The translations under genes were made by a program, and so were the position numbers. From an uncultured Acidimicrobiales bacterium (GTDB lineage: Bacteria; Actinomycetota; Acidimicrobiia; Acidimicrobiales; VFJN01): a stretch of 64,000 nt of DNA. The DNA is taken from positions 1,397,720 to 1,461,719 of the forward strand of contig CAWJGJ010000002.1 in assembly GCA_963842395.1 (NCBI GenBank). Reading direction: 5' to 3'. This document shows positions 39,499 to 49,479 of the stretch, piece by piece (the stretch's first letter is position 1; the number at the start of each line of letters is the position of its first letter). The notes beneath the pieces were generated by a model. It saw only the letters and a program-made list of their open reading frames with translations, made no database searches and was not told the origin of the DNA.

Positions 39499-42060
39499 CT
39501 AGGTCGAGACGGTCGCCGCGGGCGAGGCGTCGGCTGCGGGCGACGCCGTCGGCGTCTCCTCCTCCAGCGGCCGAGCCAGCCGGCGGAGGGTGAGCAGCGC
39601 CACCAGGTACACGATCGTGGCCAGGCCAAGCACCGCGTTGAAGCCGGCGACCATGGCGATGAGCGTGGTGAGCACCGAGCCGATGACCGAGGCGAAGCCG
39701 TTGACAGCCCAGCCCCAGGCGACGTACTCCTCGCCGTGGTCGGTGAGGCCGGACACCGCACCGAGGCCCAGCGGCATGAACATGCCGAGCAGGACGCCGA
39801 GCGGCGCCAGCACCACGAAGGCGACCACGACCCGGAGGGCGAGCGGCGAGGCCAGCAGGGCGTCGGTGAGCACGGGCAGGGCGAAGAGGTACGCCAGGCC
39901 CAGCACCACGACCAGCGGCACCAGCACCTTGACCGCCTGGTCGATGCGGCCCTTGAACCGGGGGCTGAGGAGCGCGCCGACCCCGGTGAAGATGAGCAAC
40001 GAGGCCAGGGTGACGGTCAGCGAGTACGTGGGATAGCCGAGGAAGAGGATGAGCCGCTGGATGAGGGCGATCTCGAAGAACAGGAACCCCAGCCCCAACG
40101 CCGTGAAGTAGAGCGCGGACGTGGCCTTGCGGGGCAGCGAGGTCCACACCTGCCGCATGGTCACGAACGGCAGCAGCAGGAAGATCGCCGCCATCAGGGT
40201 GGCCAGCACGAGCAGCAGCAGGATCACCCGCTCGCCGATGGCGTCCTCGGGGTCGAACCGGTCGATGGGATCGTTGAAGTTCTTGATCACCGAGCCGAAG
40301 CGGGCGAAGTGCCAGAAGAAGGGCCCGTCGTCGCTGATCGAGTCGACGTCGAAGGCGTACGAGTCGAGGTAGGCCGCCTGCTCGTCGGCGGGCAGGGTGA
40401 GCACCTGGGTGACCGAGTTGTCCTGTGCCGGCTCGCCCGGGGCGAACTGGATCTCGTTGCCCTCGACCGCCGCGTCCTGGCCCACGAACTCGTCGATCTC
40501 GTCCTGGGTGAACGGCGTGCGCTTGATGAGCACGGTCGACAGCGAGGTGGTACCGCCGCTGGGCGAGGTCGACACCAGCACGTGCTGGGCGGGGTCCTCG
40601 ACACCGAACTCCTCGAGCGCGGCCCGCACCGTGGCGACGTAGCGGGTGGTGCGGTTGGGCTTGACGTCGAAGTTGATCTCGCCGAACTGCGTAGCGATCA
40701 TCCCGTCGTCGCTGAGGTGGTCGAGGCTCTCCTCGATCGCCTCCCGGGTGTAGAGGTAGCTCTCGGACAGCACGAAGGCCCCGGCGGTCGCCGCGTTGGT
40801 GGCCGAGTAGCTGTCGGGCGCCGGGTACCAGATGAGGTTGAACTCGTCGTCGCTGCGGGCCAGGAACGACCGGCCGTCGCCGTTGACGTAGTTGACGCCC
40901 GGCTGGTCGGCCACGTGGCCGCCGTAGTCGGCGAACCGGTCGGTCACCAGGTCGTACGTCAGCGGGTTGAGCTCGATGGCGTCGATGTTCTCGGCCTCGT
41001 AGTACAGCGAGGCCAGGATCTCGTGGCCACCCGCGGCCCCGATGATCATCACGTTCTCGGGCGCCTCGCTCAGCACGTCGAACGGGAACGAGCGGGGGTC
41101 GTGGTCGAAGTTGAAGCTCTCGCCACCCAGGCTGTCGATGTCACCGTCCCACTTCTTGATGACGGAGCCGAGCTGGCCGTCGTGGTTGAGCAGCAGACCG
41201 GTGCCGAGATCGACGGCGTCGACGCGGAAGATGGGGCTCCACTCCGACGCCACGGCGCCGGTCAGGTCGCCCTTGTCGTCGTCGTGGCGCACGTCGGGCA
41301 GCACGCCCGCGCCCAGGACGCACACCGCCAGCAGGGCGACCAGCACGCCGCCCACGGGCACCAGCCGCGACTTCAGCCGTACGGCCACCAGCACCCCGAC
41401 GCCGGCCAGGATCGCAGCCGACAGCGCGACGATGCGCGGCGGGCCGATGGCCGAGATGAGGAAGACCACCACCGCGCAGGCCAGGCCGGCGCCCAGCAGG
41501 TCGGCGAAGTAGAGCTTGCCGATGCCCTCGGTCTTGCGCCCGAACAGCGTCGACACCATGACGCCGATCCACACGAACGAGGCGAACAGCGCCAGGCAGA
41601 TGATGACGAGCTTGACCAGGTTCGAGAACGAGTCCCCCGTGCCGTAGTCCCACACCGCCAGCGAGGCAATGGGGATGCGGGCGACCACGAGGTAGCCGAT
41701 GATGATGCTGACGGCGCCGAGCAGGCTGCCGGTCATCATGACCGTGTCGGTCTTGGCCCGCTTGAGCCGGGGCGAGATGGCCGTGAAGACGCTGCCGCAG
41801 CCGATGCCCAGCAGTGCCAGGCCGATGACCAGGTACGTGTAGTAGTAGAAGAGCTTGAACGAGACGATGCGCGTGTAGCTGATCTCGAGCAGCAGCGACG
41901 CGAAGCAGATGAGGAAGATCTCGAGGTGGTAGCCGCGCTCGGCGCCGGGGGCGGGCCTTTCGGCCTCCTCGGGCCCCGTGCCGTCGGTCGCCTCGGTGTC
42001 GGTGGCGCCGGCCTCGGGCTGAGAGCTCTCGTCGAGCTGGCCCGACGTGGAAATGGCCAT
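39499..42060 (-). CDS. fused polytopic membrane domain / spermidine-synthase-like aminopropyltransferase
   Basis: ATG 42060 is preceded by GGGGGAAG. 853 aa. About 7 N-terminal TMs are followed by a central SpeE-like Rossmann segment (VMIIGAAGGHEILASL...IDAIELNP...GDGRSFL) and a C-terminal TM bundle. The upstream 160 codons of the ORF-track ORF are non-coding in character. Confidence 0.8.
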   Translation of the reverse strand: MAISTSGQLDESSQPEAGATDTEATDGTGPEEAERPAPGAERGYHLEIFLICFASLLLEISYTRIVSFKLFYYYTYLVIGLALLGIGCGSVFTAISPRLKRAKTDTVMMTGSLLGAVSIIIGYLVVARIPIASLAVWDYGTGDSFSNLVKLVIICLALFASFVWIGVMVSTLFGRKTEGIGKLYFADLLGAGLACAVVVFLISAIGPPRIVALSAAILAGVGVLVAVRLKSRLVPVGGVLVALLAVCVLGAGVLPDVRHDDDKGDLTGAVASEWSPIFRVDAVDLGTGLLLNHDGQLGSVIKKWDGDIDSLGGESFNFDHDPRSFPFDVLSEAPENVMIIGAAGGHEILASLYYEAENIDAIELNPLTYDLVTDRFADYGGHVADQPGVNYVNGDGRSFLARSDDEFNLIWYPAPDSYSATNAATAGAFVLSESYLYTREAIEESLDHLSDDGMIATQFGEINFDVKPNRTTRYVATVRAALEEFGVEDPAQHVLVSTSPSGGTTSLSTVLIKRTPFTQDEIDEFVGQDAAVEGNEIQFAPGEPAQDNSVTQVLTLPADEQAAYLDSYAFDVDSISDDGPFFWHFARFGSVIKNFNDPIDRFDPEDAIGERVILLLLVLATLMAAIFLLLPFVTMRQVWTSLPRKATSALYFTALGLGFLFFEIALIQRLILFLGYPTYSLTVTLASLLIFTGVGALLSPRFKGRIDQAVKVLVPLVVVLGLAYLFALPVLTDALLASPLALRVVVAFVVLAPLGVLLGMFMPLGLGAVSGLTDHGEEYVAWGWAVNGFASVIGSVLTTLIAMVAGFNAVLGLATIVYLVALLTLRRLARPLEEETPTASPAADASPAATVST

Positions 42061-42378
42061 CAATCGCTTCCCCCGTTGACTGTGCCGAATCCTGTCATCT
42101 GCCGTCTGCGCTCCCTTGCCGTGCCGGCGATGCATGCGACACGAACGCTCGGCCGTCGTGACTGCTGGGAGGACACCTCTCGTAGCAGGCCCCCAGCCCG
42201 AGCGGCGAGCATAGCGAGCATGCCCCCACCCCGCCCAGTGCTGTACCGGTGGGTAGCTTGACACCCCGTGTGGTCGGGGGTCGCCGGGCCGGGGCGCGAT
42301 CGTGACGGCGGGACCGGTGCCCGGATCGGGTCGACCCGATCTTGGGCCGCCTCGCGAGGCCGGATAGGTTGCGCAGCC

Positions 42379-43728
42379 ATGCAGGAGATCCTCGAGGCCA
42401 TCGAGGGGGGCGCCTCGGGCGACGAGATCGCCGCGCTCCCCATCCCCGAGAGCTACCGGGCCGCACACGTGCTGCGCGCCGAGCAGGAGATGTGGGAGGG
42501 GGTCGCCTCCGAGGAGAAGGACCCGCGCAAGTCGCTGCACATCGGCGACGTGGCCACGCCCGAGCTGGCGCCCGACGAGGTCTACCTGGCCGTGATGGCC
42601 AGCTCGATCAACTTCAACACGGTGTGGACGTCGATCTTCGAGCCGCTCCCCACGTTCGGGTTCCTCGACCGCCTCGCCCGGGAGTCATCGTGGGCGGCCC
42701 GGCACAAGCAGGACTACCACGTCGTCGGGTCCGACGCCTCCGGGGTGGTGCTGCAGGTCGGCTCCGCGGTGCGCAACTGGAAGCCGGGCGACCGGGTGGT
42801 CGTGCACTGCAACTTCGTCGACGACCAGGACCCCTCCGCGCACGACGACTCGATGCTGGCCGCCAACCAGCGCATCTGGGGCTTCGAGTCCAACTTCGGC
42901 GGCCTGGCCGATCTCTCGATCGTCAAGGCCAACCAGCTCATGCCCAAGCCCTCCCACCTCACCTGGGAGGAGTCGGCGGTGAGCGGGCTGTGCGCCTCGA
43001 CCAGCTACCGCATGCTGGTCGGGCGCCACGCCGCCCGCATGAAGCAGGGCGACAACGTGTTCATCTGGGGTGCGACGGGCGGCATCGGCGCGTATGCCAC
43101 CCAGCTCGTGCTCAACGGCGGCGGCACCCCCATCGGGGTCGTGTCCAAGGACGAGCGGGCCAAGCTGCTGCGGGGCATGGGCTGCGAGAACGTCATCGAC
43201 CGGGCGGCCGAGGGCTATCGGTTCTGGTCCGATGAGCACAACCAGGACGAGGGCGAGTGGCGCCGCCTGGGCAAGAAGGTCCGCTCGCTGGTGGGCGAGG
43301 ATCCCGACATCGTGTTCGAGCACCCCGGGCGCCAGACCATGGGCGCCTCCGTGTTCATCGCCAAGCGCGGCGGCACGATCGTCACCTGCGCCGCCACCAG
43401 CGGCTTCATGATCGAGTACGACAACCGCCACCTGTGGATGAAGCTGAAGCGCATCGTCTCCAGCCACTTCGCCAACTACCTGGAGGCGTGGGAGATGAAC
43501 CGGCTCATCGACCGGGGCGCCATCCAGCCGGTGATGTCGGCCGTCTACCCGCTCGACCAGGTGGGCGAGGCCGCTCGCACGGTGCACCGCAACGAGGCCG
43601 AGGGCAAGCTCGCCGTCCTGTGCCTCGCCCCCGAGGCCGGCGGCGGCATCTCCGACGCCGCCAAGCGCGAGGCCGTCGGCGAGGACCGCATCACCCTCTT
43701 CCAGCGCCACGCCCGCGGCGAGCTCTGA
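42379..43728 (+). CDS. ccr: crotonyl-CoA carboxylase/reductase
   Basis: 449 aa. Typical Ccr sequence is present (SSINFNTVWTSIFEPLPTFGFL, HVVGSDASGVV, WGFESNFGGLA, IWGATGGIGAYATQ, EAEGKLAVLCLAPE). Confidence 0.88.
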   Translation: MQEILEAIEGGASGDEIAALPIPESYRAAHVLRAEQEMWEGVASEEKDPRKSLHIGDVATPELAPDEVYLAVMASSINFNTVWTSIFEPLPTFGFLDRLARESSWAARHKQDYHVVGSDASGVVLQVGSAVRNWKPGDRVVVHCNFVDDQDPSAHDDSMLAANQRIWGFESNFGGLADLSIVKANQLMPKPSHLTWEESAVSGLCASTSYRMLVGRHAARMKQGDNVFIWGATGGIGAYATQLVLNGGGTPIGVVSKDERAKLLRGMGCENVIDRAAEGYRFWSDEHNQDEGEWRRLGKKVRSLVGEDPDIVFEHPGRQTMGASVFIAKRGGTIVTCAATSGFMIEYDNRHLWMKLKRIVSSHFANYLEAWEMNRLIDRGAIQPVMSAVYPLDQVGEAARTVHRNEAEGKLAVLCLAPEAGGGISDAAKREAVGEDRITLFQRHARGEL

Positions 43729-43749
43729 GCGCCACGGCCAGGCGCCGGC

Positions 43750-43860
43750 CCAACCGGCGTTCGCACGTCGCGGTATCCGGCACAGACGAACGCCGGTTCC
43801 GGACGGTCCCCCAACCGGCGTTCGAACGTCGCGGAATCCGGCACGAACGAACGCCGGTTC
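43750..43860. repeat. two tandem copies (61-nt period) of a 50-nt element, each forming a 12-bp-stem hairpin
   Basis: Stems are AACCGGCGTTCG (43752-43763) with CGAACGCCGGTT (43787-43798), and again 43813-43824 with 43848-43859. Loops are about 23 nt. The element lies between convergent ccr (+) and a DUF4235 gene (-). Confidence 0.8.
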
Positions 43861-43872
43861 GAGACGGACCGG

Positions 43873-44157
43873 CTACGGGCGGGTGGAGGCCAGGGCCTCC
43901 GGGTAGTTGCCGGTGGCCTTCTGCCAGACGCCGGCGGCCAGGCGCTGGGCGACGAGGCGCGCGACGCCCACCAGGGCGCCGGTGATCACCGCCCACATCA
44001 GGGCGTCGCGCCAGGCCACGTCCTGGTGGGCCGGGTTGCCGGGCGGCTCCGACCGGAAGGTGACCCGCCACGCCCGCTCGATGAGCGGCCTGGTCGCCAT
44101 CGTCGCCCCGACCGCGGCGCCGCTCGCCACGCCGTTCCACATCTTTTCCTCGATCAC
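43873..44157 (-). CDS. DUF4235-like small membrane-associated protein
   Basis: 94 aa. The pattern WNGVASGAAVGATMATRPLIERAWR...AWRDALMWAVITGALVGVARLVAQRLAAGVWQKATG resembles the DUF4235 family. Confidence 0.6.
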   Translation of the reverse strand: MIEEKMWNGVASGAAVGATMATRPLIERAWRVTFRSEPPGNPAHQDVAWRDALMWAVITGALVGVARLVAQRLAAGVWQKATGNYPEALASTRP

Positions 44158-44356
44158 GGGACCTCCCTGGGCCAGCCGACCTCAGGCCTACCCGGTTTCG
44201 ACCGTCAGGTTCCCTCGGGGACGACCGGCGGGTCGCGCCCCGGGCTCGACCGTGCCTCATCGGGTCGGGCGCCGGCCGGACAGCTCTGCCGTTCCCGTCG
44301 GCGCTGCCGGGTGGTCGCCGCGGCGAGCGGGCTCGGTCGCGTTCTAGCATCCGGGG

Positions 44357-44731
44357 ATGGCCCATCCACGGATGTACCAGGAGGACGACCCCTACCTCGC
44401 CGACGTCCGCAAGGTGTTCCTCGACTTCCCCGAGGCGGTCGAGATCGAGGCCTGGGGCAGACCGACGTTCCGCGCCGGCAAGAAGATCTTCGGCGTGTTC
44501 GCCGGGACCGACGAGCATCCGTGGGGCGTGATCTTCAAGCCCGACGCCGAGGAGCGGGTGGCGCTGCTCGACGACGAGCGGTTCTATTCGCCGCCGTACT
44601 TCGGCCCGGGAGGGTGGCTGGCCCTCGACCTCGAGGCCGCTCCCGTCGACTGGGCGGAGGTGCGCGAGCTGGCCGACGCCTCGTACCGCCAGGTCGCCCT
44701 CAAGCGCATGCTCAGAGCCCTGGACGGGTGA
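44357..44731 (+). CDS. MmcQ/YjbR-family protein
   Basis: 124 aa with FPEAVEIEAWGRPTFRAGKKIFGVF...PPYFGPGGWLALDL, typical of the YjbR fold family. Confidence 0.7.
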   Translation: MAHPRMYQEDDPYLADVRKVFLDFPEAVEIEAWGRPTFRAGKKIFGVFAGTDEHPWGVIFKPDAEERVALLDDERFYSPPYFGPGGWLALDLEAAPVDWAEVRELADASYRQVALKRMLRALDG

Positions 44732-45776
44732 GCGGCGGCGCGCCGACCTGAACGACCGCACCGCCGGCGGCCGCCGAGGCGTAGATGGCGTCGACCACCC
44801 GATGGGCGGGCAGCGCCTCCGCCAGCCCCGGCGACGCGACACCGCCGTCGCGCACCGCGGTGAGGAAGGCCGTCGCCGAGTTGACGGTCGCCGTGTCGCC
44901 CGCCCCGGCGACCGCAGCAGCCAGCGCCCCGCCGGCCAGCACCCGCTCGTCGTCCCCCGTGAACTGCCAGCGGACCGGCCCGGTGAAGTCGCCCTCCAGC
45001 GCGACGAACAGTCCCTCGCACAGCACCTCGACCCGGCGCAGGCTCGGCCGCTCCAGCACGTCGTGCCACACGGAGGTGAGGGTCGCGGCCGCGCCGCGGG
45101 CGAAGTCGAGGCGGGCCACCGCCACGTCGTCGATGCCCGGATGGCCGTGCACCTCCCGGACCGAGCCGCTGACCGCGGCGACGGGCCCCAGGAGCCACTG
45201 CAGGATGTCGACGTCGTGGATGGAGTGCTCGAGCAGCGTGCCCCGCCCGGCCCGCGCCGCGTCGGTCCGCCAGGTCGAGCCGTAGATGCCCTGGTCGGGG
45301 ATGTACTGGTCGTCGCGGAACACGACGGCCAGCACCCGCCCGGCCCGGTCGTCGCCGACCAGGTGCCGCACCCACCGGAACGAGGGCAGGAACCGCAGCA
45401 CCAGGCCCACCTGGTTGACCACGCCCGCGGCCTCGACGGCCGCCACCATGCGCTCGGCGGTGGACGCGTCGACGGCCACGGGCTTCTCACAGAACACGGC
45501 GACGCCGGCCGCGGCCGCCCGCCCGACGAGGCGGGGGTGCTCGGAGGTCCACGTCGTCACGTACACCGCGTCGACCAGACCGGGCAGCTCGTCCTCACCC
45601 ACGACGACAGCACCGTGCTCGGCGGCGAACGCCGTCGCGCGCGCCTCGTCGGGGTCGTGGACCGCGACGATGGCGTGGTCGATGCGGCTCGCGGCCAGCG
45701 AAGCAGCGTGGAACCTGCTGATGAACCCGGCGCCGTAGAAGCCGACGCGCACTCCGGACCCCATGGGCTTCGACAT
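44712..45776 (-). CDS. Gfo/Idh/MocA-family oxidoreductase
   Basis: Rossmann start VRVGFYGAGFISRFH and the EKP motif (VFCEKPVA). The start is taken at ATG 45776 (MSKPMGSG). Its 3' end overlaps the convergent neighbour by 20 nt. Confidence 0.8.
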   Translation of the reverse strand: MSKPMGSGVRVGFYGAGFISRFHAASLAASRIDHAIVAVHDPDEARATAFAAEHGAVVVGEDELPGLVDAVYVTTWTSEHPRLVGRAAAAGVAVFCEKPVAVDASTAERMVAAVEAAGVVNQVGLVLRFLPSFRWVRHLVGDDRAGRVLAVVFRDDQYIPDQGIYGSTWRTDAARAGRGTLLEHSIHDVDILQWLLGPVAAVSGSVREVHGHPGIDDVAVARLDFARGAAATLTSVWHDVLERPSLRRVEVLCEGLFVALEGDFTGPVRWQFTGDDERVLAGGALAAAVAGAGDTATVNSATAFLTAVRDGGVASPGLAEALPAHRVVDAIYASAAAGGAVVQVGAPPLTRPGL

Positions 45777-45800
45777 GGGCCCGAACGCTAGGTTCGGGGC

Positions 45801-46202
45801 GTGCTGCTGACCGAGATCGACCATGTGGCCATCGCCGTGCGCGACCTCGAGGCGGCCATCGACTACTACCGCCAGACCTTCGGCGCCGAGGTCGACCACC
45901 GCGAGGTGGTCGAGTCCGACGGCGTGGAGGAGGCGCTGCTCAAGGTGGCCGACAGCTACGTGCAACTGCTCACGCCCACCCGTGACGACTCACCGGTCGC
46001 CAAGTACCTCGAGCGCCGGGGCGAGGGCCTGCACCACGTGGGCTACCGGGTCGACGATTGCGCCGCCGCTCTCGACGCGGTCAAGGCCCAGGGCGGGCAG
46101 GTCATCGACCAGGCCCCCCGGCCCGGCAGCCGCGGCACCACCGTGGCCTTCGTCCACCCCAAGGGCGCGTTCGGCACGTTGATCGAGCTCGTCCAGGAGT
46201 AA
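45801..46202 (+). CDS. mce: methylmalonyl-CoA epimerase (VOC family)
   Basis: 133 aa with GTG start. It carries IDHVAIAVRDLEAAIDYY...GLHHVGYRVDD...VAFVHPKGAFGTLIELVQ. Confidence 0.85.
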   Translation: MLLTEIDHVAIAVRDLEAAIDYYRQTFGAEVDHREVVESDGVEEALLKVADSYVQLLTPTRDDSPVAKYLERRGEGLHHVGYRVDDCAAALDAVKAQGGQVIDQAPRPGSRGTTVAFVHPKGAFGTLIELVQE

Positions 46203-46289
46203 CGCCGCAGTAACCACACCGCAAAGTGCCCCGGCAGTACCGTCCTCGCACCCGAGCGTTCACACGCTCACGAGGACAGGAGGAAAGCG

Positions 46290-46898
46290 GTGGACTCATC
46301 CGTCGCTCCTACGCCGGGATACCCGGCCACGTTCGCGGTGGATCACCCCGAACGCATCACCAACTGGAAGCCGCTCGTGCAGTGGCTGCTGGCCCTTCCC
46401 CACTACTTCGTGCTGTACGCGCTCGCGCTGGTGGCGGATGTGGTGGCATTCATCGCCTGGTTCGTCATCGTCTTCACCGGCCGCATGCCGGAGGGCCTGG
46501 CGGGGCTGCTGAACCTGTACGTCCGCTACACGAACCGGGTGTTCGCCTACACGGTGTTCCTCCGGGAGGAGTACCCGCCGTTCAGCTTCGAGACCACGGC
46601 CGCCGACCCGGGTGACTACCCCGCCGTGCGGACCGATCTCGCGCCGCAGCTCGACGACCGCAACCGGCTCACCGTGGCGTTCCGCTTCATCCTGGTGATC
46701 CCGCAGTTCATCGTGCTGGGCATCGTGGCGCTCGTCGCCTACTTCTGCGTGCTCATCGCCGCGATCATCGTGCTGTTCACCGGCCACTGGTCGGACGGCC
46801 TGCGCGAGTTCGTGGTGGGGGTCACCCGGTGGGGCACGCGGGTGAACGCCTACGCCCTGTTGCTGGTGGACGAGTACCCGCCCTTCTCGCTCGACTAG
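46290..46898 (+). CDS. DUF4389-like membrane protein (duplicated module)
   Basis: AGGAGG SD and GTG start. There are two repeats of the ...IPHYFVL...FTGR.P.GL..F..GV.R....V.AY..L...EYPPFS pattern. Confidence 0.65.
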   Translation: MDSSVAPTPGYPATFAVDHPERITNWKPLVQWLLALPHYFVLYALALVADVVAFIAWFVIVFTGRMPEGLAGLLNLYVRYTNRVFAYTVFLREEYPPFSFETTAADPGDYPAVRTDLAPQLDDRNRLTVAFRFILVIPQFIVLGIVALVAYFCVLIAAIIVLFTGHWSDGLREFVVGVTRWGTRVNAYALLLVDEYPPFSLD

Positions 46899-46989
46899 CG
46901 CGACCGGGGCGGACCGCGGGGACGCGGTGGTAGCCGGGTCCTGTTCACCCGGCTACCACCCTCCCCATGGGGACCTGTCGCGACGAGGC

Positions 46990-47673
46990 TCAGCCGGCGG
47001 GCGGCAGCATCACGGCGTCGATGAGGTGGACCGTGGCGTTGGCCGTCTGGATGTCGGGCACCACGACCTCGGCCTGACCGCCGACGGTGATCGTCTCCCC
47101 GTCGACGGCGATGGGCAGGGTCGCCCCGCTGAAGGTCATGACCTCGGTCTTGCCCGCCAGGGCGGCGGCGTCGAGCTGCTCGCCGGCAACGACGTGGAAG
47201 CCGAGCACCGAGGTGAGCAGGCCCGTCGGATCGGCGAGGGCCGCGTCGAGGGTGGCCGGGTCGAGCGCCGCGAAGGCGCAGTCGGTCGGGGCGAACACCG
47301 TGAGGTCCTGAGCCGAGTTGAGCGTGTCGACCAGGCCGGCCTCGCCGACCGCGGTGACGAGCGTGGTCAGCACGGGGTTGCTCGACGCGGCGGTGGCCAC
47401 CGGGTCGTCGGTCATGCCGGCGAGGGTGCCCTCCTCGGGCCCGCCCTCCACGGCGGCGACCAGGCCGTCGGTGTCGCAGATGGTGGCGGGGTCGGCCGGG
47501 GCCGGGGTCTCCGGCGCGGGCGACTCCTCGGCGGGCGCCTCGGCCTGCTCGGTGTCGTCGGCGGCGGCGTCGTCGCCACCGTCGTCGCCGCCGCACGCGG
47601 CGACGAGCATCGTCACGGAGAAGAGCACGGCGATGCCGCGCAGGGTCCTGGAGCTACGCATGATGGGTCTCAT
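46990..47673 (-). CDS. fasciclin (FAS1) domain lipoprotein
   Basis: Lipoprotein signal ...VTMLVAAC|GGDD, an acidic linker, then a FAS1 segment ([14 protein letters not shown]...VLGFHVVAG...[15 protein letters not shown]). Confidence 0.85.
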   Translation of the reverse strand: MRPIMRSSRTLRGIAVLFSVTMLVAACGGDDGGDDAAADDTEQAEAPAEESPAPETPAPADPATICDTDGLVAAVEGGPEEGTLAGMTDDPVATAASSNPVLTTLVTAVGEAGLVDTLNSAQDLTVFAPTDCAFAALDPATLDAALADPTGLLTSVLGFHVVAGEQLDAAALAGKTEVMTFSGATLPIAVDGETITVGGQAEVVVPDIQTANATVHLIDAVMLPPAG

Positions 47674-47709
47674 CCTTGTGTCGGTTGCTTGCGGTCCCGG
47701 TGAGCGGGG

Positions 47710-49479
47710 TCATGCCGCGGCCTCGCCGTCGGTGACGGTGACGAACAGCGACATCCAGCCGCTGGTGCCGTCGGGCACGACCTCGGCCCGCTCCTCGGTC
47801 TGGGTCACGCCCGTGCCGTCGACAGCCCGCACGACGAGGTCGTGCCGGCCTGGCGTGGCGTCCCACTCGTAGCGCCACTGGCGCCACGACTCGACGGTCA
47901 GCTCGTCCGCGAGCTGGACCGGTTCGAACTCGCCGTCGTCGATCTTGATCTCGACGGCCTCGATGCCCCGGGTCTGGGCCCAGGCGACCCCGCCGATCAC
48001 GACCCGGCCCGCGGGGACGACCTCGAGCGGGCGGGGGGTGTCGATGCGGGCCATGGTCTTGATGGGCGCCTCGGCCGCGTAGCCGCGGGGCACCCAGTAC
48101 TGGTCGAAGGCGTCGAACGTGGTGACCTCGATCTCGGTCAGCCACTTGGTGGCGCCCACGTAGCCGTAGATCCCGGGGGTCACCAGCCGGGCCGGGAACC
48201 CGTGGCGCAGCGGCAGGGGCTCGCCGTTCATGCCGATGGCCACCAGGCACGAGCGGTCGTATGCCGCCGCCAGCGGGAAGCCGCAGGTGTAGCCGTCGAC
48301 CGAGCGGCCCACGATCTGGTCGGCGCCCCGGCGCACGCCCGCCCGGTCCAGCAGGTCGCGGGTCAGGACGCCCAGCCAGCGGGCGTGCCCGACGAGCTCG
48401 CCGCCCACCGGGTTGGACACGCAGGTCATGGTGATGTCGGCCTCGACGACGTCGAGTTCGGCCAGCTCGGCGTAGGTGAGCTCGAAGGGCGCGTCGACCA
48501 TGCCCCCGACGCGGAGCGTCCAGTCCTCGGCCCGCACCTGGGGGACGATCAGCGCGGTGTCGATGCGGTAGAAGTCGCGGTTGGCGGTGACGAACGGGGC
48601 GATGCCGTCGACGCCGGCCTCGACGCCCGCGGGCACCGGCGGCAGCGGGTCGGCCGGCCGCGGCAGGGTGACGTTGGCCCGGGACTCCGCCGCGCTGAAC
48701 CGGCCCCGCAGCGCCCGCCCACTGGCCGCCATGACGGCCGCGCCGGCCGCCACGCCGGCGGTGACCCCGAGGAACGCCCGCCGCGACCCCATGCCACCCC
48801 GGGTCAGGGGGCTCGGGGGAAGGGCTACCGGCGGGCCCGGCGCGTCGGCCCGGGGGACGAGGAGGCGGAGGGCGACGGCGCCGGCCACGCCCGCGGCGAT
48901 GCTGGGGAGCGCCGCCAGGGCGTCGGCGCCGGGGCGGCCCACGGAGGCGGCCACGCCGAGGAGGGCGAAGGCGCCGAAGCCGAGCATCCCGACCCGCGGC
49001 CGGCGCCGGGCCAGCACGCCGAACACCACGCCGAGCACGGCGGTGAGGCTGAGCGTGCCGACGACGAGGGCGAACTTGTCGTTCGTGCCGAAGGTCTCGA
49101 TGGCGAAGCGCTCGACCGACCGCGGTGCACGGTTGATGACCTCGGTGGCCACGGCCTCGACGGGCGAGCTGAAGCCGGACCGCAGCCCGGCCACCAGCTC
49201 GCCCGCTGCGAGGGCCACGGCGGCGCTGACGAGGCCCGCCAACCCGGCGGCCGCGGCACCCACCCGCCCGGCACCCGCGCGCCCGGAGCCCGACGAGCCG
49301 AAGCCCCGACCGCGGCGGCGGCCGGCGCCGTTGCCGGCCTCGCCGCCCGTGCCGTCCGGGCTGTCGTCCTTGGCGCCGTCGCCGACGGCGGGCTGCACGA
49401 CGTCACGGCCCCGCCGGCCGGTGGCGGGCGGTGGGCCGGCCGGGCGGGCCGGCGGTGGGGTGCCGTTGATCTTCGTCAT
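47710..49479 (-). CDS. molybdopterin-dependent oxidoreductase (sulfite-oxidase family) with N-terminal membrane domain
   Basis: 589 aa with a disordered Gly/Arg-rich N-terminus and several TMs. The Mo-binding core has the conserved Cys (ITMTCVSNPVGG), GFPARLVTPGIYGYVGATKW and an Ig-like dimerisation domain. Confidence 0.8.
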   Translation of the reverse strand: MTKINGTPPPARPAGPPPATGRRGRDVVQPAVGDGAKDDSPDGTGGEAGNGAGRRRGRGFGSSGSGRAGAGRVGAAAAGLAGLVSAAVALAAGELVAGLRSGFSSPVEAVATEVINRAPRSVERFAIETFGTNDKFALVVGTLSLTAVLGVVFGVLARRRPRVGMLGFGAFALLGVAASVGRPGADALAALPSIAAGVAGAVALRLLVPRADAPGPPVALPPSPLTRGGMGSRRAFLGVTAGVAAGAAVMAASGRALRGRFSAAESRANVTLPRPADPLPPVPAGVEAGVDGIAPFVTANRDFYRIDTALIVPQVRAEDWTLRVGGMVDAPFELTYAELAELDVVEADITMTCVSNPVGGELVGHARWLGVLTRDLLDRAGVRRGADQIVGRSVDGYTCGFPLAAAYDRSCLVAIGMNGEPLPLRHGFPARLVTPGIYGYVGATKWLTEIEVTTFDAFDQYWVPRGYAAEAPIKTMARIDTPRPLEVVPAGRVVIGGVAWAQTRGIEAVEIKIDDGEFEPVQLADELTVESWRQWRYEWDATPGRHDLVVRAVDGTGVTQTEERAEVVPDGTSGWMSLFVTVTDGEAAA

